Assembly (NCBI GenBank): GCA_951406725.2 | Contig: OX597831.1 | Coordinates: 58,032,001 to 58,096,000 of the forward strand | Length of the DNA stretch: 64,000 nucleotides | Direction of reading: 5' to 3' | Source: Octopus vulgaris | Taxonomy: Eukaryota | Shown here: one piece after another, positions 14,178 through 26,729 of the stretch | How the letters are laid out: every line of letters begins with the position of its first letter | How positions within the stretch are numbered: position 1 is the stretch's first letter | The notes under the pieces: generated by a model | Seen by the model: only the letters and a program-made list of their open reading frames with translations | Database searches by the model: none | What the model was told of the DNA's origin: nothing | Made by a program: the position numbers and the translations under genes

Positions 14178-14374
14178 TACATATATATATGCATGCATAC
14201 ATATATATCAATAGAATGATGATGATGATTTGATATCTGTATGTATGTATGTATGTATGTATCTATCTATTTATATTTATCTCTCACTAGATGGAGTACT
14301 TTTTTGTTGAATCTTCTATCATGGATCAGTACATTATATATATAAACATATACACGCATGCATGCATGCACATG

Positions 14375-14470
<96 letters not shown>

Positions 14471-14751
14471 TGCACACACATATATACTCATGCTAGTACA
14501 TGACTATGCCAGACTTTATTAATACCTAAAATAAATATGCTCACAAAATTTTGGATAAATTGCCTCAAAATGATGCTGACAATCTTTGCTAAGCATTCTA
14601 ATGGAATGTTGATTCTCACAAGATTGTTGCATCCATGAAATTTAGAAAATGGTTCAATTTAGATGTCATAAAAATACTCCCAAAATATATAATCAAATAT
14701 GTAGTATAGGAACTCAAAGACACAAAACCTTGGATTCTTCTTGAAAGGTTT

Positions 14752-15140
14752 GTGTGGTAAGTAATTTGCTTACCAGCCACATGGTTCTGGGTTCGTTCCC
14801 ACTGCATGGCACCTTAGGCAAGTGTCTTCTACTATAGCCTCAGGCTGACGAAAGCCTTGTGAGTGGATTTGGTAGATGGAAACTGAAAGAAGCCCATTGT
14901 ATATATGTATATATATATATGTATGTGTGTGTATGTGTTTGTGTGTCTGTGTTTGTCCCCCAACATCGCTTGACAACCAATGGTAGTGTGTTTGTGTCCT
15001 TGTAACTTAGCAGTTCAGCAAAAGAGACTGATAGAATAAGTACTAGGCTTCCAAAGAATAAGTCCGGTGATCGATTTGCTTGACTAAAGGTGGTGCTCCA
15101 GCATGGCCACAGTCAAATGACTGAAGAGTAAAGAGAAAGA
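14752..15140 (+). mobile_element. SINE family 'B'
   Basis: Colinear with 9960-10370. Confidence 0.82.
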
Positions 15141-15369
15141 GTAATGAAAAATTTCAATTATCAAAATGGAAAATTTGGGGCCTATGTCTAGCAACATACA
15201 TATATACATATGTACATTTATGTATGCATACGGTTGTACATACATATATGCATACATACATGCATACATACATACATGCATACATACATACATGCATACA
15301 TACATACATACATACATACATACATACATGCATACCTACATGCATGCATATGTATGTATATACTTATAT

Positions 15370-15675
15370 GGTGACTGCCCCCTCATTATCGAGTATGGCC
15401 ATTGCACGAAGCTTAATCAATGTTGTTATCGTGCAATGCCTGTGCAAGAAGATTTTTTTTAAAGTGAGGAATGGCTGTGCACTGAGTCAATTCCACTCAC
15501 TAAACAACAGCAGCCATAATCCGAAAAGAAGAACAAGTCAACATCATCGGTAACCACTGAGCTGCAGGTTTTATGTCGGAGTTATCCCAGTTACCTGAGT
15601 TACCTTCTCCTAGAAGGATGCCCTAACAAAGGCTAGGAGTCCTTCACTCCCAATGGTTTAACCGCACGATCGGGC
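15370..15675 (-). mobile_element. RTE-derived non-autonomous retroposon (Ceph-domain-like), truncated
   Basis: Near identical to 17210-17430 and 25108-25400. Minus strand has ctaggagaaggtaactc (RTE 5'UTR/Ceph-like) and a (TATG)n tail. Confidence 0.6.
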
Positions 15676-16113
15676 ATACATACATATATTCATATGAAAT
15701 GCAAAACCTCTGATTTTTTGTGAGAAAAATTTCAGATATATATTTTAGAACATGTATTGAGTTCTCTCATGTTCATTTGCTTGACAAAAATTGACATTTA
15801 TATACACTCACGCACACATATAAAAATATATTTTTGTATGTTTGTATGCATATATGTGCGTGTTCTTTACACATACACACTTATATATGCAAGTGTATAT
15901 ATATATGTGTGTTTATATGCATAAATACACCTAGGTATTATTGATTGAGATACCACCACCACCACCACCACCACCACCACCACCACCACCACCACCACCG
16001 CCACCACCACTACCACCATCACTACCATCACCAAAACCACCACCACCATCACCACCAAAACCACCACCACCACCACCACCACCACCACCACCACCACAAA
16101 TAATAATGATGAC

Positions 16114-16166
<53 letters not shown>

Positions 16167-16170
16167 TAAT

Positions 16171-16385
16171 GGTTTCAAATTTTATCGCAAGGGCAGCCAT
16201 TTTGGGGAAAGGGGATAAGTTGATTACATTGACCCCAGTGTTTCACTAGTACTTAATTTATTGACCCTGAAGGGATGAAAGGCAAAGTCAACCTCAGTGG
16301 AATTTGAACTCAGAACGTAGCGATGGACGAAATACTGTTAAGCATTTTATCTAGCATGCTAATGATTCTGCCAGCTCACTGCTGT
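16171..16385 (-). mobile_element. SINE family 'A'
   Basis: ggatgaaaggcaaagtcaacctc...gaatttgaactcagaac...ctgccagctc, the reverse complement of A. Confidence 0.75.
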
Positions 16386-16644
16386 CATAATAATAATGAT
16401 GATAATAATAATAATAATGATAATAATAATAATAATGGGCTTGTTGTATTTAGTGTTTAGGTGCATTACAATGTAATAAAAAAGGTTGAAAAGGGGGACA
16501 GAAAACCACTGTACAATCAAGTGAAGGTAAATAGAAGTGCAAGGTAGAAATACATGCACAGTTCAGAGAAGAAGATACAAAAAGTCACAAAAATAACCAG
16601 TAAAAGAGCTATAAAGAGGAAAGTGTGTAAAGGCATCTCAGGAG

Positions 16645-16990
16645 TCTTCTTCTTAATCCCTTTTTCCCCTTGTGGAGCCCAGAGCCTCAACAGTTGTTTT
16701 CCACTTCTTGCAGTCATTGGTGTGTTTCTTGGTGTTTCTTGGCTGCTTCCCATGTCAGGTCAGTGGTCCTGAGCTCGTCCAAAATGCTCCGCTTCCATGT
16801 CTGCTTTGGGCATCCTCGCTTCCTTTTCCCCTGCGGGTTCCAGTCAAGTGCTTGTCATGTCACATTTGAGGGTTCTTTCTGCGGTGTGTCCCCAATCCAT
16901 CTCCATTTCTTTTGTCTAATCTGAACATGTATGGGCTCCTGGTTGGCCCTTTCCCACAGGCTGGTGTTTGGCACTCTGTCAAACCACTTC
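16645..16990 (-). mobile_element. RTE-clade LINE 3' end (ORF C-terminus)
   Basis: Minus-strand pieces translate LWERANQEPIHVQIRQKKWRWIG, ALDWNPQGKRKRG.PKQTWKR and WKTTVEALGST, followed by a (GAA)n tail. Confidence 0.8.
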
Positions 16991-17659
16991 AAAACATGGG
17001 ACAAGCAACCTGCATCAGTTGTGAGAGTCCTTCAAAAATCCATGCTTCCTAAATTCACCAATACTACTCCTGACATAAATTAGTTTTAAATGAATTGTTA
17101 TTGGTTTCTGTAAAAATACCTGTTACAGAAACCAACAAATTTAGGAAGCATGGATTTTTGAAGGACTCTCAGTCCTGACAGCTAACAAATGATGCAGTTT
17201 GCTTATCCAAGCACAAGAAGATTTTTTTTAAAGTGAGGAAAGGCTGTGCACTGAGTCAATCCCACTCACTAAACAACAGCAGCCATAATCCGAAAAGAAG
17301 AACAAGTCAACATCATCGGTAACCACTGAGCCGCAGGTTTTATGTCGGAGTTATCCCAGTTACCTGAGTTACCTTCTCCTAGAAGGATGCCCTAACAAAG
17401 GTTAGGAGTCCTTCACTCCCAATGGTTTAAAGTGAGGAAAGGCTGTGCATTGAGTCAATCCCACTCACTAAACAACATTTTTTTATACTTGGAATTATCA
17501 GAAGATCAATCTTTATATATATATCTTTTATCTCTATATTCTCAATATTCAATAATTCTTTATTCTCCTCCATCATAATCATCTCACTACTAATTAAATT
17601 AGGAAGAGCCCCCTTCCATTTTTGACTACCCTCTATATGATAATTCCAAGTATGAAAAA

Positions 17660-18200
17660 ATTTTTCCAAAAATTATGAGTGATGCACTGTTTTTTTTTTT
17701 TTATTTGGTAAGTGTGTCCAAAAGTGGTAGAGGTGTTGAGTTGAAAATGATGGTGAAAAATGTTGTGGAGCAGACAGTCAATAATGTTGTGGGCTTCTAC
17801 CAAGTCAGCTGCTTGACATCAAAATTTTAGTGTGTGAATCTCCAAAGAATCAATACATTCAATATATTGGAAGTGACCGACAGACTGGATTCGTCTAGTT
17901 GCACACCTCTCAACAACTTCCAGCAGATCAATATTCTGGTCAAGATGGGATTTTCAGACTAGAGCTGTTAACTCTCAGAGTGGGCATACCATAGCCATAC
18001 ATAGCTTTAAATAGATTGCTGGTGAGTTGCTGACAAAGTTCTTACTGAGGGATGTTAAGATATCTTTGGCCTTTTTTTGACAATTTTGTAAATGTTGTTT
18101 GTCCAACACAGCCCATTGTTGACAATAATACCTAAGTCATGTTCACTAACAAATTCCTTAATGTTGGTGTTATGGATATTTGCAGACATAGTGTGTCTTA
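17660..18200 (-). mobile_element. degenerate CR1-like LINE RT C-terminal fragment
   Basis: Minus strand is weakly similar to the CR1 ORF at 56204-56710 (PHLDQNIDLLEVV-like stretch). Confidence 0.45.
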
Positions 18201-18368
18201 GACTAAGTCCAGCAATTCATTGGGTGTCACATTGTATTGTTGTTGTTGTTGTTGCTGTTTAGCTTTGAGTCAATTCTGACAGACAAAAATTACAACCCAA
18301 TGCACCACCCTCCCATGACCATCCCATCTTTTTAAAGCTATGTTGTAATACAATATGTAATATGTTTA

Positions 18369-18600
18369 AGGTGGCGAGCTGGCAGAAACTTTAGTGCACC
18401 GGGCAAAATGCTTAGCAATATTTCATCTGTCTTTACGTTCTGAGTTCAAATTCCGCCGAGGTCAACTTTGCCCTTCATCCTTCCGGGGTCTATAAATAAA
18501 GTACCAGTTACACACTGGGGTCGATGTAATCGACTTAATCCCTTTGTCTGTCCTTGTTTGTCCCCTCTATGTTTAGCCCCCTGTGGGCAATAAGGAAATA
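18369..18600 (+). mobile_element. SINE family 'A' monomer
   Basis: Full head, body and tail, flanked by aatatgtaatatgt repeats (probable TSD). Confidence 0.85.
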
Positions 18601-20771
18601 AATATGTAATATGTAATATGTTGCTCCAAAATTAACAGAGCTGTCAGAGTGTAACTCAAAATATCATGTAGTATTTATCCCAGCTGTCTGAGTTCAAATC
18701 TGAATTCCACTGAGTTAAGTGGTGTAAATTATTGCTTTCGAATTTTGGCACAAGGCCAGTAATTTCGTGGTAGGGAGTTGATTGATCACATCAGCCCTAA
18801 TAATCACTGACAAGTCCTTTAACCCCTTAGGGGTCGTTGGGGTGCTGCAGCCATGCTGTGTATCTAGGGCAAGAAAGCTTGGTGGTACCCATCCCTCTCC
18901 AGGTTAAACTAATTTCTACAGCTGAGTGGACTGGAGCAATGTGAAATTAAGTGCTTTGATCTAGAACACAATGGACCACCTGGTCTAGGGATTGAAACCA
19001 CAATCTTACGATTGTGAGTCTAACACCCCAACCACTAATCCACATGCCTCCACAGTAATCAACTGGTACTTACTTTATAGACTCTGAAAGGATAACAGGC
19101 AAAGTCACCTTTGGTGGAATTGAACTCAGAACACAAAAATGGATGAATTGTCTCTTAGCATTTTACCCAGTATGCTAATGAATCTGCTAGTTTGCTATGG
19201 TGTGAATTATCAATGTCAGATAAGGATACTTTGCAATACTTACTCTGTGTCTGTGTGTTCTGTTTTGTTGGGATGATGATGATGATGATAGGCTGAACTC
19301 CATTGCCTGATTTATTTAGCAGGTTTCATTCTATTGCAAGCCCTTGTTCCTGCCCCGAAGTTTATGATAACTTCCTCCTACCAGTCTCAGAAACCTTGGG
19401 AAAATAAAGGGTCATGGTTGCTGCCCTTTCCTCCTTTACTGATGAACTCTTGTGGACTGTCCTGTAATAGATGACAGATGAGCATTCTGGAATTTTCTAT
19501 GAAAGAACCTACACAGGATTTGTTTATAGTGATCGGATGCTTGTGCTTTATATTAAATCATGTTCTCCCTCAAAAACTGACATTACCATTACTGGTGCAC
19601 AATGTGGAACACATCAGATGTTGAAGTGATCGTAAAGTGTTTTGCTCAGGAACACCATGCACTGCCTGGTCTGGAAATTGAAACCATGATCTTGTGATCA
19701 TGAGTGCAACACTCTTATCACTAAGCCATGCATCCTCCCTACCCTATTACATAGTAAAAGAAAAAACAAAACAAAACCAGGTGGTATAGTTACATTTGAG
19801 AGAGATTTAACTGACCACATAACAGATCTATGACAGCAAGTGCCTATTGTAAAATTCCAATGAAAGCCGAAATGGCAAAACGTTATTTCCTTTCCTTTAA
19901 ATTTGATTTTTATTCCAAAAATTATCACAGATGTATTGAATATGCACTCTGCTAATCAATATACAATTTTATCAATCATTTAATTCTCTAAAAAAATACT
20001 CAATACATAATCAGAATTAATCAATATACAGCTTGAATTAATCAATATTCAGCCTAAACAAATATTTAGCCTATATTAATCAATATTTACCCTGTATTTA
20101 TCCTGTACTAATCAATATTTATCGTGTATTTATCAATATAGTCTGTATTGATCTTTATGCATCCTAAATTTATCAACATGCATTGTATATGTTTTATCAA
20201 TGTACATTCTACATTTTTCAACATATACATATATACTGTATAGTTATCAATATATATCCTATATTTATCAATATACACTCTGTATTCTTCAATATATATC
20301 ATGTACTTATCCATATACATCATACTTTTATCAACATGTATCTTGTATTTACCAGCACATTTCCTGTTTTTGTATTTATAATCACAGTCATACATATATA
20401 CATAGATACATACATAGAAAATACACAGCTCCCTGCCACACACACTATAGGCTGATAAAGCCAAGCCAAGAAAAATATATCCATACATATACATTTACCC
20501 CTTAGCATTTAAACCAGCCATATGAGACCCAAATATTCTACTTGTTTTCATGTTCAAACTATCCAGATCTAGTTTCTCACACCTACCTTACCATGTCATT
20601 CTAAAAATAAACAATAATATCACCAAAATCTTGAAGCTATGAGGTAATTCATGATACCACCATGACAGTGGTTAAAAGGCTCATTTTGCAAATATGTGGG
20701 TCTGGATTTAGTCCCTCAATGCACCATCATCAGCAAGTGATTTTTTTTTTTACTATAGACTTGGGTCTATT

Positions 20772-21080
20772 GTGGAGATGCAATGGCTCAGTGGTTAGGG
20801 CAGCAGACTCGCGGTCGGAGGATCGTGGTTTTGATTCCCAGACTGGGCGTTGTATGTGTTTATTGAGCGATAACACCTAAAAGCTCCATGAGGCTCTGGC
20901 AGGGGGTGGTGGCGACCCCTGTTGTACTCTTTAGCCCCAGCTTTCTCTCACTGTTTCTGTTTCTTGAGTAATGCTGTGATGGAATAGCATCCTGTCCAGC
21001 TGGGGTTGAACACATGTACCACAGAAACCGGGAAACCAGGCCCATGGGGTCTGGCTAGGCTTGAAAAGGGTGCATAAATA
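20772..21080 (+). mobile_element. chimeric SINE: family 'C' head plus V-domain tail
   Basis: 5' half matches C. After ctgtttcttg it switches to agtaatgctgtgatgg...gaaaccgggaaacc, as in the element at 7962-8241. Confidence 0.7.
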
Positions 21081-21672
21081 AAAAAAAAAAAGACCCGGGT
21101 GATCAGTTACTTGTGAGTAATTCTGTTTGACAGAAACTGTGCACATATACATTTCTGCTGCTGCTGCTCAAACATCTAGACTGTATTCATAAAAGGGCTA
21201 CTCAAAAGGGCCACTCAAGTGAAAGACACAGAATCACATTGCCCACAAGAATGCTATCCCCTTTCTCTTCCTTTTCTATTGCTACTTTTACGGCCACTGT
21301 CCTATGGAGCTGGCTGGTCTCATTCTATCTCTGCCAAGGCTCCATAAACTCATTGTCTCAATTTTATTCATAATCCGTGTTGTGTTCAGCATCCAAATCC
21401 CCCCACACATCACTCTGCTCAGATCTTCTACCCCCGAACAGTATTCCCTTTGGACAGCTTTCCTACATACTTTGACTTGCAGTAGTTTAAGCTTGATATT
21501 TACAAAATAACATTGACCCATCTCAGAGGTCTTGCAAAGGCTAAGGGCATTGCAATCTTTCTCCAGATCCAACAATTCTTTATTTTCGGTGTTTATTAAA
21601 CTGCATTCAGAGTGTTCATTCCATCAATTGTTTAGATGATGACATTTAACAGATTTTACTTTCAATTTTCAG

Positions 21673-21750
21673 GTGTGAATCTAAGAACCGGCAAGAAAGG
21701 TATATTTCCATCAATGTATGCTACAGACTTACACTTCTTAGAAGAAGATG
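21673..21750 (+). CDS. MAPK8IP1: JIP1 homolog exon, C-terminal half of SH3 domain
   Basis: tttcag acceptor, G|gtaaat donor, 78 nt, phase 1-1. Encodes GVNLRTGKKGIFPSMYATDLHFLEED, the SH3 GIFPxxY motif, in frame with the previous exon. Confidence 0.93.
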
Positions 21751-21993
21751 GTAAATATTGACTTACATTTTTATTATTCAGATCTTATTCAGTGGTGCTA
21801 CTACAGTGTGTGCCACTCAGAGCATCCCTTTACTTTACTAGCCCTCAACTTCCCCCAGGGTATAAAGCAAACTCATACAGCAGACTTATACAACAGGCCC
21901 AAAAGTGCTATCCACATAAAAGCACCACCTGGGGTGGACTGTTATGCTAGTTATGCTTACTGCTCTAATTATTTCTTGATTAACATTTGATTC

Positions 21994-22435
21994 GAATCTT
22001 TTCGATTTGAACAGCAGTTTTTAAAAATAATTTCCACGTAACTAAACACTTTTAAACTTCGTATACAGGTAGAATGTGTTTATAATACATCTTTTTCTCT
22101 TGGCTTTATTGAGAAAATTCTATAGTTTGTAAGATATTTGTTGTTTCTTTTCTTCAATTTCTGCAATTTCAACCAATCAATGATGTCTATTGAGGTGAAA
22201 ACATTCTGTGCCGTATGAATATGTCCCTCGTTTAAGAAACAGATTGGGTTTATTTACATTTGTAAAGAAAAAAGATACCCTTCCCCCACCCCTAACTCTA
22301 ACCCTAACCCTAACCCTAACTAACCCTAACTCTAAAACAGATTGAAATGCAATAGATCGATACTAGGGTCATAATTATGGGTGACAATTTCATATGACAC
22401 CGCTAGAAAAACTGCAGTTCAAACCGAAAAGATCC
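21994..22435. mobile_element. TIR MITE with 8-bp TSD and internal (CCCTAA)n
   Basis: TIRs gaatcttttcgatttgaacagcagtttt / aaaactgcagttcaaaccgaaaagatcc. TSD tttgattc at 21986-21993 and 22436-22443. Confidence 0.8.
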
Positions 22436-22878
22436 TTTGATTCATACCAATCAAAGAAATCATGATTGCTGCATACTCCCTTTTATTAAGGTAGCAATTG
22501 GTTGACTTATTAGACCACCAAATAGCTTTGTGCTGTTTGTACTGCTTCTTAGCCTTCAGACTTAAAAATCCTGTCATGCTCAAGTTTTCCTTTCATCCTT
22601 GTAGAGACAATAAAATAAAGTATCCGTTGAATACCGGTGTTCATGTGTCTCTTTCTCAGAAAAACCAGCTGACCCCCTCCCCTGGTTATTGCTATTCCAA
22701 TAGAGAAGCCAGTTTGATTAAAAGAGGTGGGTTGAATCAGGGCCTAGCAAACATTACAACTAACTTGCTATTGAAACTTCTGAAATAAACCAAAGCAAAC
22801 CTTTGCAGCTTAGAAGTAGATATGAACAGATCAATAAATAAAACTTCAAGTTAGGTGTTGTGTTTTTTTTTTGTTAAA

Positions 22879-23280
22879 AGGAGTGGCTGTGTGGTAAGTA
22901 GCTTGCTAACCAACCACATGGTTCCGGGTTCAGTCCCACTGCGTGGCATCTTGGGCAAGTGTCTTCTGCTATAGCCCCGGGCCGACCAATGCCTTGTGAG
23001 CAGATTTGGTAGACGGAAACAGAAAGAAGCCTGTCGTATATATGTATATATATATATGTATGTGTGTGTGTTTGTGTGTCTGTGTTTGTCCCCCTAGCAT
23101 TGCTTGACAACCGATGCTGGTGTGTTTACATCCCCGTCACTTAGCGGTTCGGCAAAAGAGACCGATAGAATAAGTACTGAGCTTACAAAGAATAAGTCCC
23201 GGGGTCGATTTGCTCGACTAAAGGCGGTGCTCCAGCATGGCCGCAGTCAAATGACTGAAACAAGTAAAAGAGTAAAAGAG
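22879..23280 (+). mobile_element. SINE family 'B', young full-length copy
   Basis: CpG-retaining copy colinear with the other B elements. Confidence 0.88.
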
Positions 23281-23572
23281 TTGGTTTTCCTCTTTCTGTC
23301 AAGCTGGAAGGAGAAAGCAGTGGCTGTGCAGAATAAGGGGAAAGAAAGAGAAAGATGGTATTGTAAAGAGACAGAAAGTAATCATACAACCAGACAATAA
23401 AATATAGGAATGGGGAAAATAGTGAGAGTGGAAGAGATAGCCCCCTAAATAGAGGGGAGAGAGAATAAAAGGGATGATAAAGCTTCACAATAGAAAGGTA
23501 ATGTGATAATATAGTAGAGATATAGAAAGTGAGCAGATGGTAGAAGGAATGATGGAAAACTTGACAGCTAAA

Positions 23573-23660
23573 GAGAAGAAGAAGAAGAAGAAGAAGAAGA
23601 AGAAGAAGAAGAAGAAGAAGAAGAAGAAGAAGAAGAAGAAGAAGAAGAAGAAGAAGAAGA
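23573..23660 (+). repeat. (GAA)n microsatellite
   Basis: Perfect trinucleotide run. Confidence 0.95.
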
Positions 23661-23969
23661 ATATTGTTTGTCGTTGCTGTTGTTCTGGTTTAGCTGTTTC
23701 ATCCCTTGATTTAACTAAACCTAAAGGGAAAGATGTCCAAGACTTGCCCATCTCATCTCTTTTCTTTCATGCTGTGTGCATTCATAATCATATCATCCGA
23801 TTTGTTCGTCCTCTTTTTAGACATTAGGATGCTATTTCAGGTTTGAAGGGAATTTGGCTGTTATTTCTAGCCAATTAGGTGATCTCATAGAATTAATCTT
23901 GTTGACTTGAATATTATCTGATTGTCATCATGTCTCTCAAATGTGTGTCTTGTTCTTTTGTCTTTACAG

Positions 23970-24067
23970 ATGATGACAGCTGTAAGAAATTCCAGGTGAA
24001 GTTCCTTGGCTCCCTGGAGGTCAATTGTCACAAAGGAACTGAAGTGTTATGCCAAGCTATAAATAAG
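23970..24067 (+). CDS. MAPK8IP1: JIP1 homolog exon, start of PTB/PID domain
   Basis: ttacag acceptor, AAG|gtaaga donor, 98 nt, phase 1-0. Encodes DDDSCKKFQVKFLGSLEVNCHKGTEVLCQAINK (JIP PTB signature FxVKFLGSxEVxxHKGxxVLCxA). Confidence 0.94.
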
Positions 24068-24077
24068 GTAAGATGAT

Positions 24078-24560
24078 ATCCTCCTTGTCCTTGTCCTCGT
24101 CTTTCTTCTTGTCCTCCTCCTCCTCGTCCTCCTTATCCTCATCCTTGTCCTCATCCTCATCCTCGACCTCGTCTTCATCATTGTCCTCATCCTCCTCCTT
24201 GTCCTCCTTGTCTTTCTCATCCGCCTTGTCATCCTCCCCATCGTCCTCTGCGTCGTTGTTGTCGTTGTCCTCCACCACCACACACACACCACCACCACCA
24301 CCACCTCCTCCTCCTCACCTCTTCCTCCTCCTCCTCCTCGCCCCTTCGCCCCTCGCCCTTCTCGTTGTCGTCCTCATTGTCGTCGTCCTCCTCGTCCTCC
24401 TCGTCCTTGTCTTCCTCGTTGTCATCGTCGTCGTCGTTGTTGTCATCGTCATTGTCGCTGTCGTCATCATCGTCATCGTTGTCATCTTCGTCGGCGTTGT
24501 CATCGTCGTCATCGTCTTCCTCCTCATCGTTACTATAACCATCGTCCTTTCATCTCTGCT
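24078..24560 (+). repeat. low-complexity (TCC/TCG/TCA) trinucleotide tract
   Basis: Imperfect TCN triplet array starting just after the donor of the first PTB exon. Confidence 0.85.
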
Positions 24561-24704
24561 GTTGCTGCTTCTAATCCCCTCCCTGCAATCTGTTTGTTAA
24601 TTCTGTATTCTACTATTGCATGTATATCTATCTATCTGTCAGTCTGTCTGTCTGTCCATCTGTTGCTTGTCTCTCCATCTGCCTGCCTCCTGTCTATCTG
24701 TCTG

Positions 24705-24779
<75 letters not shown>

Positions 24780-24816
24780 GTTTCTCTATATGCATATATG
24801 TATGTATGCACGTGTG

Positions 24817-24868
<52 letters not shown>

Positions 24869-25107
24869 CACACACACACACACACACACATATTTATAAG
24901 AAAAAGGGACGACATAGGGAAAACAATGTAGTTTACTCATAGTGGAGTACCTGAATAACAACCTGTAGCTTCATCAGAGCCTTGAATATGAAGTGCAATT
25001 TATTTGGGAAAAAGAAGAATTACATTTCTGCAATATACAGAGAAGGCATTACAAATGAGGAAGTCAGTACTGATGTATATATTTATATGTATATATACAT
25101 ACATACA

Positions 25108-25650
25108 TGATGGCTGCACCCTCATTATCGAGTATGGCCATTGCATGAAGCTTAATCAATGTTGTTGTCGTGCAATGCCTGTGCAAGAAGATTTTTTTTT
25201 AAAGTGAGGAAAGGCTGTGCACTGAGTCAATCCCACTCACTAAGCAACAGCAGCCATAATCCGAAAAGAAGAACAAGTCAACATCATCGGTAACCACTGA
25301 GCTGCAGGTTTTATGTCGGAGTTATCGCAGTTACCTGAGTTACCTTCTCCTAGAAGGATGCTAGGAGTCCTTCACTCCCAATGGTTTAACTGCGTAATCA
25401 GGTATTCAGTCCGATTATTTCTATGTCCCCGCACATGATAAAGGCTTAAGACATTTATTGGATGGCCGTTGACTCTCAAGAGTTCCTCCGCCCATTGACG
25501 GGTTTTGTTTTTCATCCCGTAGGGTGTTCAATAAACACCCTCCTCACCAAGCAAGTTTGGTGTGGTTGCCAGTTTAGTTGCTGACGACCCAACCATGCAA
25601 CAGATTGTACTGGGTTACATGTTACCAGTAGCTCTCGAAAGTGACCTGAC
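25108..25650 (-). mobile_element. RTE-derived non-autonomous retroposon, longest copy
   Basis: Extends the 15370 and 17210 copies 5'-ward. Embedded in (TACA)n on both sides. Confidence 0.6.
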
Positions 25651-26218
25651 ATACATACATACATACATACATACATACATACATACATACATACATACAT
25701 ACATACATACATACATGAATACATCTATATATGTAGATATGTATGTGTGCATGTATGCAGGTATGTATGTCCTTATTCAGTTTTATTTCACAATTTCTTG
25801 CTAATAGAAGAAGATCTGGTTTCTAACCTAGATCCAAGGCTCCTTCATTGGAATTTCAACAACATCAACAGGGTATTTTTGTATGTATGTATACATGCAG
25901 GTTTGTATGTTTTGTTTAATGTGTGTCTTCTCATGCATATACTTGCATATCTAGACATGCTCATATATATTTAAATGATAAACTTCTGGAAAGTTTTACA
26001 GATTTTTACAGTTCCACTGATGGCTTGAAGCTGTAGTCTTCAAATCAGCTTTCTCCTTTCTGGTTTTGAGAAGCCTGATTTCTCAAGATTGGTATTTAGG
26101 CAGTTTGTTACATAACCTAGTGCCCTAATAATTACAGATATAAACCTGATATATGTATATTCATTTGTGCTTCTTTATTGTAGATACATTCTGTAATTTC
26201 TCTGTTCTACTGTTACAG

Positions 26219-26323
26219 GTGGCATTAACTCGAAGGAAAACACTATCCTCAACACCTCCCCCGAATTGCTGCTTAGAAATCAGTGACTATGGTATTCGCA
26301 TGATCGACAAGAGTAAATCTGTG
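26219..26323 (+). CDS. MAPK8IP1: JIP1 homolog exon, PTB domain
   Basis: ttacag acceptor, GTG|gtaagc donor, 105 nt, phase 0-0. Encodes VALTRRKTLSSTPPPNCCLEISDYGIRMIDKSKSV. Confidence 0.93.
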
Positions 26324-26729
26324 GTAAGCTGTCATTTTGAAATGATCGTGTAACATAGACAACTATGAAGGGTGACCATGTGACTTGACATGTAACAATC
26401 AGGTTATGCAACATTGACATATGACAGTCGGTCACGTGATATTTACAGATATAATAATTGGTCACCAAAGAAGATAAACAAAGGCTTCCTAAAGAAATCC
26501 CTCAGCTCTTGCCACCTTGATCTCCAACACTGCTACTGACCATTAAGCTTAGGGTCTCAATGTCCTCCAGGCAACAACCACCTTTGAAGACACCCGCAGG
26601 ACCATCCTAGAAGACAAGAGAAAGGAGGGTAAAAAAGCAAAGCATTGATTGTTACATTAGGTGGTAACAATTCAAAGTGAATTACTCTTTTGCAATCCCA
26701 CCAGATAGAGAGAAGAACCTTTTTCCCAT

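Noticed and set aside
15931-16249. Poly-Pro/poly-Gly ORFs resembling extensin or formin
   Set aside because: (CCA)n plus (ATA)n microsatellite inside a JIP1 intron, with no splice support.
22290-22336. Chromosome-end or fusion telomere remnant
   Set aside because: A short tract contained within a TIR element with a TSD.
24047-24600. Acidic or Ser/Val-rich ORFs next to the first PTB exon
   Set aside because: Low-complexity TCN triplet tract downstream of a strong donor. The PTB continues correctly at 26219.
25400-25650. Possible HDV-like ribozyme at the 5' end of the RTE-derived element
   Set aside because: No convincing P1/P3/L3 nested pseudoknot could be identified by eye.
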